The notes beneath the pieces are model-generated. The model was not told the DNA's origin and searched no databases. It worked only from the letters and a program-made list of their open reading frames with translations. A stretch of 63,140 nucleotides of DNA, filler included, from Asterionella formosa (taxonomy: Eukaryota): assembly GCA_002256025.1 (NCBI GenBank). It is 10 parts of 10 records of this genome, joined end to end, with 100 filler letters (N's around TTAATTAATTAA, not from the genome) between each part and the next. Parts side by side here need not be neighbours in the genome. Positions count along the whole stretch, not along the records: positions 1 to 25,046 come from NKIB01002085.1; 9 more parts are not named here. One strand, given 5' to 3'. The first letter of the stretch is position 1. Every line of letters begins with the position of its first letter. Positions 1-11,700 of this stretch are shown one piece after another. A program made the translations under genes and the position numbers.

Positions 1-59
1 TAAAGGCTCATCCTCCAATCAAGGAATTTCAAGTTCAGAATATTGTGGATACCAGTTTG

Positions 60-415
60 CTGCATCATATGCAGCTCGAGCTACTATTTATAGTACATTG
101 TGTATTTTCACCAGGAACATGGGTTTTACAACATGATTTGATTATAGATATGTAATTGATATTGGGATATCAATGTCGATAAGTGATAATTGACAAATGA
201 CTACGTTGTGATACTTTCCGTCGTCGTTCTTGCGATTACAAGGTTGTTGATGAGGTTTTAATCCTATCGGATAATCCTACTACCTTGGATAACCATGGAC
301 GAGGTCCTTATTCTATTTATTCAAGTATATGCCAATGGTCCAGTTACTTTTCAACAAACTATGCATACTACGGACTGAATTAATATCCATTACATCAAAC
401 CTTTTCAAAGGTAAA
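60..415 (+). pseudogene. Degenerate Ty3/Gypsy integrase C-terminus
   Basis: Broken frames read FSPGTWVLQHDLII, DYKVVDEVLILSDNPTTLDNHGRGPYSI and INIHYIKPF. These fit the GPY/F-region of a Gypsy integrase tail. A purine-rich tract (GGGAGAG) and an LTR follow directly. Confidence 0.6.
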
Positions 416-439
416 AGGTTTTCCCTTGGTGTGGGAGAG

Positions 440-636
440 TGAGCGATCTTGCGCATCAATACAGATGTATATAGGGTTAGTGTTATATCATGTATGTATA
501 AGAACTCAATAATGAGAGAACTCGACTAACCCTCATTGTATAGTTTGGTGTCGACTTGGAGAACGAGTTACACACAAGGATTAACAAATAAGCTCATATA
601 TTCAACAAATACTACTACTTCTAGTTAGATACTTCA
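440..636 (+). mobile_element. 3' LTR of the Gypsy relic
   Basis: Runs TGAGCGATC...GATACTTCA with TG..CA ends. It starts immediately after the polypurine tract, and a homologous copy with the same ends lies at 32329-32502. Confidence 0.75.
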
Positions 637-776
637 CCAGGTACCTAGGTGCTATGATGTAAGTTGGAGTACCAGGTACTGTACAAATCTCGCGCCAATA
701 TGGCGTTAGCTGTACATATGCACTACCGGTATGTAATGCCTACCACCACTTCAGTAACTTCATCACCTACACAAAT

Positions 777-1618
777 GGGCGCGCTCTGATAATAAAAAAT
801 TATTATATCATATGTGTATTATAACACAAATTATTCTGGTGATCTGCTACATAATATCGTCCTTGCGCTCTGATAATAGAGATATTTTAGATTACTTCTC
901 TGACATTATATATATTTTTAACTTTAATTTTCAACAGTTAAATTTTCATATCGATGCATCCTCTTGTATGCTATGCCACCTCTTGTTCATTATATGCATG
1001 AGTGCTATATATTCATCATTGTCGGTCACTGACCATGTCAACTTTCATCTCATCTCCTGATGATGATGATGACATTATGATCACATTGCTACTGTCAGCA
1101 ATGTGCTATCCACCAGTAAATAGGACGCCATCGTTCAGGGAAAGTTTGACTGTTGATGAGGTCAGAAGAAGAAGTGGCAAAATCCGTCGCCACGCACTAC
1201 AGCATCCATTATCGAGTCCATTTCTTGTTGCTGGTGACGGCGACGTTCAAGCAGCCTTGGAGAGGAAGGGGAGCCCTCCCTGGCTGCTCTCCTTGACCAG
1301 AAGAAGATGAAGACATGGCCGAAATCTAAAAGCGATGACGATCGATTTATTGAAGAGGTTGATTGATGTGTAATGATATGCAATATGCATACCTATTTTG
1401 GCAAGAGCAAGCCATTTTGAGTATGAGCAAGCAAGTCTTGAAATATTCCGGGAAATTCTATATAGTCATTCATGTCTAAACATCTTTTTATATAATGCAC
1501 TGTTATTTATAACTGTAAAAAATTTGTGTTTGTGTTGACCAAATTTTGGGGTTATGGGTACAACGATTTGTGTTATAATACACATGATATAATAATTTTT
1601 TATTATCAGAGCGCGCCC
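777..1618. mobile_element. Non-autonomous PIF/Harbinger-type DNA transposon
   Basis: Has ~55-bp terminal inverted repeats starting GGGCGCGCTCTGATAATAAAAAATTATTATATCA and a 3-bp target-site duplication AAT (774-776 and 1619-1621). An internal coding-like remnant lies at 1040-1360. The superfamily is inferred from the GGG termini and 3-bp TSD. Confidence 0.8.
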
Positions 1619-2172
1619 AATATTTCATATTTCATGTAGAATACATAGAACATGGTATTTATGAAAACCCTAACAAGGCCTAAAACCTAAGATAGCTATG
1701 TATAGTCAGTTACCGGTAGTTAGTACGGTAAGTATTTTACATAGCAGGTTGCAAGTAAACTCTGCGTGTCTGTCTTTTAGTATACAGTACCGGTACTTTC
1801 GTTGCCACCACACAAATGTCTCGATGACAGACAGTTAGTTGCTGTGGCGGGAGATGATGAGGGGTGATAAAAAAATTTATCTTTCTTGTTATGTACTCTC
1901 CTGCCTTTTGTTGCCTTTTATTGCCTTTTTTAACATGTGGTCGACGGATCGCCGAGGTTATTTTTTACAAACCCCCTCCATTCTTGATCGTTATCATACA
2001 ACTACCGGTATCGGTATATTCGTTCCTGTATCAGCAGCAATAACTTGTAGGAGTACTTGTCTATATAACAAACAAAAGTATAGTCAATAATTGTAAGCCC
2101 TCACGTCGTCCTGGATTGTGAGAGATCCATCTAACCACGAGCAACTTGAAAGGGGAAACTTTAGAAATCATC

Positions 2173-4065
2173 ATGGAAAAACTAAATGGCCAAGACGAAC
2201 CGAAAGGGAAGCGACAAAAGTTGGATCTTGCGCCTGCTTGTAGCAGTATCAACAACAGCAACAACAATAACGGCTCCGACCTGCCATTGCCAGGAATTAG
2301 CGCGAAGGATATGGAAATAACCATGAGAGTGTTGACACAAGTATCAGCCCTGAACAAGCAGAAGGAAACTGGTTTTGAAATATTCAAGTCAGTTCCACTC
2401 CGTCCCCTTCGTAAGGCCTTGTCTGGGTGTTTGGAACTACAACAAAGACTCATGTACAATGGCAAGTCGGAAGCGGACCATTATGATCAGCACAAGCAGG
2501 ATCGATCGCTACGTCGACAGAAAATGGCAGAGCGAGTGCAACAGAAAAAATACATTGCCGAAACGCAGTTGCGCCGAGGTCGGGTCGAACGACTCGAACA
2601 ACTCAAGGCCGAAGCCAAAGACGAAGAACATGCAAAATTGCGTCTCATGAGCGTCATGGTGCCCGATGGTCACGTACAGACTGTGCAATCAACGCTAGTA
2701 TTAGAACCAGAAGCGGTGCAACTTCCCAAATTGCGATCCTGTTATGCTTGTAAAGTCAGATACCGTACTCTCCATCCATTTTATGATCAGCTTTGTGATA
2801 CCTGCGCTCCGTTCAATTATAAAAAGCGACACCAAACCGCAGATCTCACAGGAAAGATTGCCATTGTGACGGGAAGTCGCGTCAAAATTGGGTATCAAGT
2901 ATGCCTCAAATTATTGAGGGCTGGAGCTACCGTGGTGGCCACAACGCGCTTTCCGAATGCTGCCGCTGCTACGTATAGAGAGGAAGGTGATTTTATGGAA
3001 TGGAAGGACCGGTTGCAAATTTATGGGTTGGATTTGCGAGATGTGACGGGAATAGAGCTCTTTGTAAGATTCTTGAAGCAGAGATACGGAGAGAATGGGA
3101 TCGATATTTTGATCAATAATGCATGCCAAACAGTGCGTCGGCCTAGAGGGTACTACATTCCCATGGTGGAGAAGGAAGAACATTTATGGAGAGAAGGAGA
3201 TAGCAGCCAAAAAGATCTACTACTTGGTTGTGTGGAATTCGAGCGAGTTCGACGACAGGTGGTCCTTGAACAAAAGAGTGACTTCAAAGAGATTGGGCAG
3301 GAACACAAACAAGTTCTGTTGCACATTTCATCGGATGAGCCTTCTCCTCAGAAAGCGGAAGCAATGGCGGATGTGCAGTGTGTTGACATGGTAGCTAAAG
3401 CTTCGTCGTCAAGTGTTACTACTTCGGCAAATTCACCTTTTGAAGGATCTGGAATTTCTCATTCTGCTGCAATGTCCCAAATGATCATTTTACCTGAAGA
3501 TGTTGGAGTATCCGACTCCGTTCTTCCTCCTGGGGTCTCGGATATCAATGGCCAACAATTAGATCTCCGGACTTCAAACTCATGGCTACTCAAAATAGAA
3601 GAAGTATCAACACCAGAAATTATGGAATGCATGTTTATTAATGCAATTGCACCATTCATTTTGAATTCACGACTCAAACCCTTGATGACGACACCGCCGT
3701 CTGAGAGGCGCCCTGATCGCTTCATCGTTAATGTCTCAGCAATGGAAGGAAAATTCTACCGCTTCAAGACGCCCAACCACCCTCATACCAATATGGCCAA
3801 AGCAGCCCTCAACATGATGACTCGTACATCAGCTGAAGATTTGACGAAACACCGCATATACATGAACTCGGTAGATACTGGATGGATCAATGATGAAAAT
3901 CCGTTGGAGAAGGCTAGCAAAATTGCCAAGACTAATCTTTTCCAGACCCCTATTGACGAGATTGATGCTGCTGCTCGCATTTTGGATCCAATCTTTGTGG
4001 CCATCAACTTGGGCGAAAAGATATATGGCAAATTTCTTAAAGATTACAAGGAGACAGAGTGGTAG
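2173..4065 (+). CDS. Atypical short-chain dehydrogenase/reductase with N-terminal extension and CxxC..CxxC motif
   Basis: Intronless ORF with first ATG at 2173. Shows the Rossmann motif IVTGSRVKIG, plus ILINNA, IVNVSAMEG, HPHTNMAKAALNMMTRT and NSVDTGW; CYAC...CDTC lies upstream of the SDR domain. Confidence 0.85.
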   Translation: MEKLNGQDEPKGKRQKLDLAPACSSINNSNNNNGSDLPLPGISAKDMEITMRVLTQVSALNKQKETGFEIFKSVPLRPLRKALSGCLELQQRLMYNGKSEADHYDQHKQDRSLRRQKMAERVQQKKYIAETQLRRGRVERLEQLKAEAKDEEHAKLRLMSVMVPDGHVQTVQSTLVLEPEAVQLPKLRSCYACKVRYRTLHPFYDQLCDTCAPFNYKKRHQTADLTGKIAIVTGSRVKIGYQVCLKLLRAGATVVATTRFPNAAAATYREEGDFMEWKDRLQIYGLDLRDVTGIELFVRFLKQRYGENGIDILINNACQTVRRPRGYYIPMVEKEEHLWREGDSSQKDLLLGCVEFERVRRQVVLEQKSDFKEIGQEHKQVLLHISSDEPSPQKAEAMADVQCVDMVAKASSSSVTTSANSPFEGSGISHSAAMSQMIILPEDVGVSDSVLPPGVSDINGQQLDLRTSNSWLLKIEEVSTPEIMECMFINAIAPFILNSRLKPLMTTPPSERRPDRFIVNVSAMEGKFYRFKTPNHPHTNMAKAALNMMTRTSAEDLTKHRIYMNSVDTGWINDENPLEKASKIAKTNLFQTPIDEIDAAARILDPIFVAINLGEKIYGKFLKDYKETEW

Positions 4066-4221
4066 ATGCATGCAAGGATTTTCATTATCACTAAATGGGT
4101 TTTTATTCCAATTTTCCCAATTTTGATACTTTCTTTAAATAATGTGCCTCGAGTGACAATTCTCGTAGTTAAAAATGCAAATGGATATTGATAAGAATGT
4201 ATAATCTCATTTCATGCGACT

Positions 4222-6496
4222 CTAGTCTGCGGGAAGCTTCGGAGCTGCCTCGTCTTGGATGAATGCAGTGATGAGGTTCGTGACTGGATCTCGGACTGTT
4301 GGGTTTTTCCCTAGGACAATCAAGCCTTCACTCCAACCAACAAGTCTTGAGAGGTTATGAACCACAAGGTTGGTGCCCAAAAAGGGATGGCTGGCAACTT
4401 TATCATCGTGGATTCCGTGGCCTAGAACGACAGCTTCATATGGGCCAATTTGCATGAAGGTTCCCTCTTCAAGGACGAAACTGAAAACGCAGCTGCAGTC
4501 TCGTAAGTCGGGTGCATTGATTTCAGCAGGAAAAGACCAGGCGGATGATCCGATGGAGCGAATGGGATGCCAGCTTGTCACCAGTACAGAGCTGTCCAAT
4601 TCCACGAGCTTTTGAACACCACCTTCGCAGAGGGTCTTGACGACGCAGCGGACACGAGCGGCTTCACCTGAAGTCACAACAACATCTCCGGCCCTTATTT
4701 GGCTCACATCAACAAAGGTACCATCGGCGAGTGCCACGCTACCTTTGGCAAAACACACATCGTTGCGATTGTAGTATCTAGTCATCGAATGCACTGTTCC
4801 AAAGGAAGGATCAACTTCCCGTGACGGTTTTGGCGGGGGAAGCCTGATGAACGTTTCCTCGATAATTTCCCTGATTTTGTCAAACTTCTTTGTTGCGTAC
4901 CCCTGTACTCCTGGATCTTTAAAGTTTGTGCACTGCTGCATCACATGGGCACGAGCGAGGGATAGGAGGTAGTGACGTCCCCACCTCTTATGATTTTCTT
5001 CTAGACTGTACGCCTCGACCACTTGCCCATTAAGGTCTTGCAAGAGAGTCTTCACTTTTTCGTCGTGAACGGCGACGAATCGAAACTTGGTGTTGACTCT
5101 CTCTATCTGTTCCTTGGCTGCCTGTAACAATGACGGAGTGATATCAAATCAGTGAGAGCATGTCGACTCAAGTGTTGTTGGCTTGAAATTGGTAGGTTCT
5201 TACCTGGTGAACACTGATCCAGTTTCCTTGTTCTTGTCCTTCGCAATTGCTTATTAGCTTGGAGATGTTGTATGCCAGTGAGGGCGCTGCTATCATATCT
5301 CTGTTGCTTATCACTTCTGCGCATGTGATGATAGATCCGGTCCGTCCTCCGAGATGCCAGGTTGCACGGAATGGCGATTCTCCCATTTTAATTCCATTCA
5401 CTTTGAAAAGGATATTCAGTGTTTGCCCGTAAATAATTTGAGGCAGCTCAATTGAAAAACCCCATGAGGTCTTGTGAACTGGCAATCCACTCATGTTTTC
5501 ATCTATCTCAAAACCCTCGTTCAGTTCCAAATCCAGGGACGATGGCGCTAAAGCTGTTGCGAGAATATTCGAAGTCATATTGACGAAGACTGTTCCAACA
5601 AAAGAGCTGTCAGGAATGAAGCAAAAATGCCCTTTGCCTACAACAGCGATTTCTTGCAGAAGAGCACTGTCCAGTCTGTATCCAAAACCAAATGTCGAGA
5701 TAGTGCAGGATAAGGCCGGGTGACGTCCCTTAAATTGACGTATGGACTCGACTTCACCTCGTGGAGGACGAATATTGGGTTGTCCATCAGTAAGGACAAT
5801 TACGTTGGCCATGTTGACTTCTTCTAGAAGGACCAATTTCAATGCTGAGGCTATGCCATCCCAAAGGTTTGTTGAGCCGCATGTCACAAGGGCGTTCACT
5901 CTTTCCCAAGCATTAGCTCGATTGGCTTCTATCATTTTGGTAGGAGGAAGGATCACTTGAGATGTGTCAGCATATGCAACTATTGCGAGGGTATCCAATG
6001 ATGACAGGCTTTCGATGACGGTGCGAGTTGCGTGCTTGACAATGTCAAGAAGCGAAAGACCAAAGCCTCCTTCGCGGTCTGAATGCATCACTGCAGCATC
6101 GTCCATTGAATGGCTGACATCGAGCACGCAAATGATGAATGCCGGTTGGCGAGTATTTCCGTTGTCATCTGCTAGGCTCAGCTTCAGAAGGCTGTATCCG
6201 TCATTACTTGTTACGACGATAGATGCGCCAATGTCCGGAACACTACGGGATGGCAACATCTTGACGTCGTCTGTGTTAGATTTGTTGTCATCTAGAAGTA
6301 ACAGAACGTCCCGGAGTGCACGATTAGGTGTGAGTTGGTCGATTCGAAGTGGGTTTCTCGTGATTGGCGATGATGCGTTCTTGGAAAGCCACTCAAGGAT
6401 GGCAGCCTTATCATAACTGTTTCCTTCTTGATCCATGACGGGGTCACACATAATCTCCCCCGTGATAGGACAAATCAAAGCTTCGTTATTTTTCAT
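4222..6496 (-). CDS. Vint-type protein: U-box + vWA + Vwaint + Hint domain; join(6496..5204, 5121..4222), ~730 aa
   Basis: U-box: CPITGEIMCDPV..YDKAAILEWL..SPITR..PNRAL. vWA MIDAS: VLDVSHSM, T, VLTDG. Vwaint: RWGRHYLLSL..NFKDPGVQ. Hint: CFAKGSVALADG..IRAGDVV, VTSWHPI. An 82-nt phase-0 GT-AG intron at 5122-5203 joins the two ORFs in frame. Confidence 0.88.
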
Positions 6497-7081
6497 AATA
6501 TCGTGAATTTTGGATTGTATTCAATTCTCTTTTATTGTGAGAACGATTTAATCGCTTTCTTTTGGGCCCACAAGAGATCCTTGGTGTATATACCTGGAAA
6601 TGTTGAATCGTGTTTTCTCTCAGAAACGCATTTTATTCGGGTACTTAGCTAGAAGGTTGCCATGATTGAATCGTATTGCAACGTTTCAAACGTCTTTCGA
6701 GCTTTCCACGTTTCATTTTCTCTCAGTTTGCAATTATCATGTCTCAAAACAAATTTCTTGTCGTCGAAAGTATGGGTACAGATACAGAAGAAGAAATGTG
6801 TTTCCAATACATACACCAAATGATCAAGCACTTGGTACTATATTCATCATCTGATGAAAAAGTAACGTGGATGTATTCCTTGTGCTACAAATACCAAAAG
6901 ACGCAAGACTACTAAACTGCAGCGTCTGCCGAGACAGTCATCATCCATATATTTTTGTTGATTGGTTAACGTAACTCGACAAATATGTAGACTTCTCTTA
7001 TAATTTGTCTTACCATCACTGGGATTATTAGCCTCTCGAAAATCGATTCATCGAAAAAGTTACCTAACCTAGTATTTATAT

Positions 7082-8005
7082 TTATGCTTTCTTCTTCAGA
7101 CGAGCAGCTTCTTCTAGTTCGCGCATCTCGTCACGTTCTTTCTTTGCATTCAAATATTCAGCTCGTGCTTCAATTTGTAACTTCACCCACTTTTTCTTTT
7201 GATAAAGTGTAGGGGCCTGATAAATCTTGAGTGGAAAGTCTATTTCTCGCAAAACCACCCGCATATGAGAATGCTTGTGATGCATGATGCCCATCCGCCC
7301 TCTTCCGTGAAACTTCATCCGCTTTAAGTGGCTCCCTTGAGTCGCAAAGCATTCAGCCACCTCGAGTTGACATTGCTGGATACCGTCTCGAATGTCAGCG
7401 AGATTAGAAGTCCTTTGTAAAACCTTCTGAACCACTGGAGCATATCCTTTGTCACAGAATTCCAGTTGCTTGAGAGCCTCAAGGAGGGGCAAACTTGCAG
7501 CCATTTGACAAATTAAATTGAGTTTCCAGGGAGAATGTCGGATTTTCTTCTCGGTGCCAATGTAAGTTTTCAGGTTTGCAATTCGACGATTGACGAGACC
7601 AGGCTTCAACTTTCGTCTGTGGTCTGGCTTGACAATCGTCATATATTTCTTGGGTCCGACATTGGTCCCATCTTCGGCGGCAATCACGGGCGCCCCTATG
7701 GCCATATCTTGTGAAGTTGAAAGGTTGGTTGAAAAGTACCTGACGTCACCAGAGTTCTTATCACAAGTTCGTGGCTGAAAACTAATGAAGCTTCGAAAAG
7801 TTAGGCACTGCACCGCTCTCATCCCTTTCATTGAATTTGACATTGAAAGAAGAGGTGTAGGGACATTTGTTGAAGTCTGAGCGCCTGCATTAGATAATGC
7901 AAACCCAGCGAAACGACGAAGCAAAGCGTTCATTGCCATTGTCGAATTGCTGTGGCTGGCAACGCTGCAATGCCTGATCGATGCTGCATCATAATCAGCA
8001 AGCAT
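7082..8005 (-). CDS. MRPL22: Mitochondrial ribosomal protein uL22m
   Basis: uL22 motifs IRHSPWKLNLICQM, EALKQL and LKRMKFHGRGRMGIMHHKHSHMRVVL. Long Ser/Arg-rich transit-like N-terminus. The true start may be the ATG at 7939. Confidence 0.85.
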   Translation of the reverse strand: MLADYDAASIRHCSVASHSNSTMAMNALLRRFAGFALSNAGAQTSTNVPTPLLSMSNSMKGMRAVQCLTFRSFISFQPRTCDKNSGDVRYFSTNLSTSQDMAIGAPVIAAEDGTNVGPKKYMTIVKPDHRRKLKPGLVNRRIANLKTYIGTEKKIRHSPWKLNLICQMAASLPLLEALKQLEFCDKGYAPVVQKVLQRTSNLADIRDGIQQCQLEVAECFATQGSHLKRMKFHGRGRMGIMHHKHSHMRVVLREIDFPLKIYQAPTLYQKKKWVKLQIEARAEYLNAKKERDEMRELEEAARLKKKA

Positions 8006-8239
8006 CAGATAAGAAGACCGGTCCTCAATTAGATGTAGGGACTACAGCCCTTACAAGGAAGGCACTACGTGCGGATGTACTACCGGTACATACTAACAGT
8101 ATCTGGTACTGGGATATACCAGATGCACACAAGTTGCTGTGATAAAACGTTTAGCTGTGTTTCCTTTTCAACAAGAACCGTCTTCTACCAAACTTCCAGG
8201 GTGGTGGTATCTTACAGTTCGGAGTACAAGGTAGATGGT

Positions 8240-8530
8240 ATTGTACCTGGTACCAAGTCCCCTGTACGCCGGAGTGAACCATGGTACCAGGTACCAGGTA
8301 CCTGCAAGTTGCGGTCATTGTGCTTAAATAAACAATATAATATGGGATAAAGATAGCTAAAGGTTTAGTCTCAGCAAAATTACCGAAACTTGCTGGTACC
8401 AGGTACCAACGTATTAGGTGATCCCCGATACGGGTACCTGGTACCTGGTACCATACTCGGAATACTGCACTAGTTCTCTACGTATAAAAATATGTAACGG
8501 TAGCGGTACTAATTTTATACCAGGTACCAC
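8240..8530. promoter_or_regulatory. (GGTACCW)n / TACCGGTA cluster in the divergent intergenic region (representative of many such clusters)
   Basis: ATGGTACCAGGTACCAGGTACC, GGTACCAGGTACC and GGGTACCTGGTACCTGGTACC lie between the head-to-head uL22m and TAZ genes. A regulatory role is inferred only. Confidence 0.45.
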
Positions 8531-8770
8531 GTATTAATTAGGCACTGCCGGAATTTCTGGACATGTCTGGTTGTCAGTGGTTGAAGTCGTTTGTTCTCGT
8601 TCTAGTAGGTCTTACCAATGGAAGATCGGCAGTCTCATACATAAACTAAGCGAAAGGATGCGAAAAGTATCACGAAAACCTTGTAATCGAAGCCCTTCAC
8701 CTTTACTACTTATCGTCATTGACACCCGTAATAACTACTTGCACATTTTCCATTCACTAAGAACATTCAA

Positions 8771-11700
8771 ATGAACGTGCGAACGTCTTCTCAAAATGAA
8801 CAAGAAGAATCAAAGGAAACGACCGATCACAAACCGTCGCAGATGATGTGCTTGGAATCTGGAATCTCAGAGTCGCTGCCGGTGAGTGAATTGCGTCATA
8901 GTTTCTCGTTGTGCGAGTTTTTCATTTAAGAGCTTGTTTTGATCGGACCAATAGATATATCCGAAATTACATGCGTGGCACACCTGGATTTCTTTCCACT
9001 TCGACTGAGCATGTTTTTATGTAGGAAGCTTTGTACATACAAGGGAAAATTTGAGGTCCCTCTTTATGTAACTGGCACTACTCTGCCGTAAAAACAAAGA
9101 TTTGTTCCATACTTTCACAGAGAGTCGAATTGATGTTTTGTCGCGGTATTGTTTTTCTCCATTGAATAGCGGGTGTCACCTTTATGAAACGCATTGGCCA
9201 GCGTTGATTGGTTGCTTGACGTTTTCGCAGATCCGAACAAGTGCGTACACCAACCCAGCAAGATGGTTTCTGAAACCAGGGCCATGTTCCCTTTTTCATC
9301 TACATACTCTCGTACATACTTTGTCCCTTCCTGATCCGTGTTGGAACTGACAGTCGTTGTACGTGTGTTTTCGTTGCTTCCCGTCGTTTTTCTCCTTTGC
9401 AATAATCATCCTGGTGTTGGTTTTGATCGCCCAGTGCCTTCCTCCTCTTCATTGGTATCACTTGCTTCTTGATTAAGAAATTCGGACTAACAAATCCTCT
9501 TATCATTTTCCTCTTGTAGGAGGTAGCAATGTTACATGAAAGCGCGGTACCGCAAGAGGACCAGGAAACAGAAAGTAGCCGCCAGCAATCATCTGAACCC
9601 CTGACTTCGTCTCTTTCAGTTCCAGACTCAATGCGCATAGAACTGGATCGGTCTGATGCAGCAGTAGACCTTGGAGAGTCGTCTTATACGGAGACCCCGA
9701 AAAAGCCACTTTCCGAATCAAGCGGAAGGATTATGTCATCGTCGACATCTAGTACTGAGAGCAGCGCTGCAGGAGATGCACCAAGCATCAAATCAGAAGA
9801 AGCTCAAAGGGCGCCAAGTTTAGAAACAACGCCACGCGACCTCTCGGGTTCTGAATCGTTACAATCCGCGGAACAAAGAGAATCAGAATCGTCGTTGCCT
9901 TTGGAAGTTACCAAAGAAGCTGTAATGAGCTCTTCAAGTACGGGCCTATCGTCCTCATCAGGATCTATGGGCCCTCAGCATGTTGTTGCGTCAGCGCCGT
10001 CTCCACCTCCTCCACTCAAGTCGTTGCGAATGTCTCATTTACACAAGAAGTATCATGCTGAACTTGAATACATGCTTAAAGAATTTCGCAAGTTAGAAAG
10101 TCAGCTTCTTGGAGCAAAGGGAAATGGGACTGGGGTTCAAGAGTCTGAAGGGTCAAGAGAACGCCGAGAGAAACTTCACTCTTTCATTTTGCATTTGGAG
10201 GATACTATTCGGCAGATTGAAATGGGCGTGGCCTTGGAGGCCGAGGGAGTGTCAACTGGTAATTCAGCGTTTACAGACTCGGATTCATTAAACATAATAA
10301 CAAAAGAAAAGGAGCACGACGAAAGCGTGCAAAAGCTTGAAGAACATATCTTGGCGAATTTACTACCGGTCAAGGTCCGTCTCAAGAAGCAACTAGCAGC
10401 CCAGCAAGGGGCGACGCGAAACCCTATAGGCATGCCCACAGCTCGACGAGGTATGTTACAACCATCGGCTGTTACGGAAAAGGGGACTTTCGCCGTCGCT
10501 GCTGAGCAACGACTTATGGCAGCTGAAGCTGCTCGATTAACAATGGAGCAACAAGAATCGCAATTTCCGATTGCGTCACCCACCGCTGCCTCTCAGTTTG
10601 GAAGGCCATTATCTGGGGGTGGTTCTTCTCTCACGCAGAAATTGCATGGCTCTGTTCTTGGTTCCAAAAAGCGACCTCATAGGTATGAGGTGGGGAACGA
10701 AGACGATGAGGGACCACGTCAGGAAGAAAGCGAAGAGACGCAGCATAGAAGAAAGGTGTTTTATGGAGGACTGGCTCCAGGAAGTGAACAGGTTCATTCA
10801 GGTGTTTCAGCTGCTGCTGGTGTTCACAAAATGATCATCGAAACACCTGCGTTGGTCAAAGCACAGAACATGCCTGTTATTCAAGCAACAAGACTGTCTT
10901 CAAGTTCCACCAATACTGCATTACCACCTTATTCACGAACCAGTGCTATGAACTCTGGTATAGCCGCTCATGCAGGAGTGGTCAGAAATGCTTCTCTGGA
11001 TCAACATCCGACGAGAAGAATTGATGACTCCGCTCTATCAGATGAAGAAAGGAAGCGTTTAAGGAAACTTCGACGAAGTAAGAAGAAACGAAGAGAAGCC
11101 AATCGAAGGGAGAAAGAGCGACAAAAGCAGATTCTAATCCAGCAACAAGCAGCACAAGCACAAATTCCAAAAGTGGTTAGCAAGAAAGGTGGCAAGACTG
11201 GAACGGTCAAGGTGCAAGGAAAAAAGAAGGGACCGAGATCGGTAGAGTACATATGTGCTCTTTGCAGCGAAACGTACGCCTCGACCTGCGACCACAATCC
11301 TTGGTGGGCCCTTTCTTCTCACGAGTGCCCGAAGTGTCGAAAAACACAGGTAAGTCGAACCGATCTAGATTTTATTAATGGTCAAGCATAATTTCTCATT
11401 TGATTTGACACTCGCAGGTTCCTCGTGTGGACATAACTTCACCTGCGAATGCAATTGAGTATCATCCTGCGCTCTTGGCACATGCAGATGAAACTGGCAG
11501 CACTGAAATGGGTGGAAGCTCTCCAGTTCACACTTCAGTAGTTGGAGTTGTCAGACTGAATCCAGGGAACGTCGCTACAACTGGTGTGTGCCATGGAAAT
11601 CAACTCGGAAACCGGAAGTTCCAAAAGTACCCACCCATCAGTATGAGTGACTCAGAAGACTCAGATTTTAGTGATTTGTCAGATGGTCCTCTTTCTGATT

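Noticed and set aside
5103..5210. Programmed frameshift or pseudogenisation between the vWA and Hint ORFs
   Set aside because: A canonical in-frame GT-AG intron explains the split.
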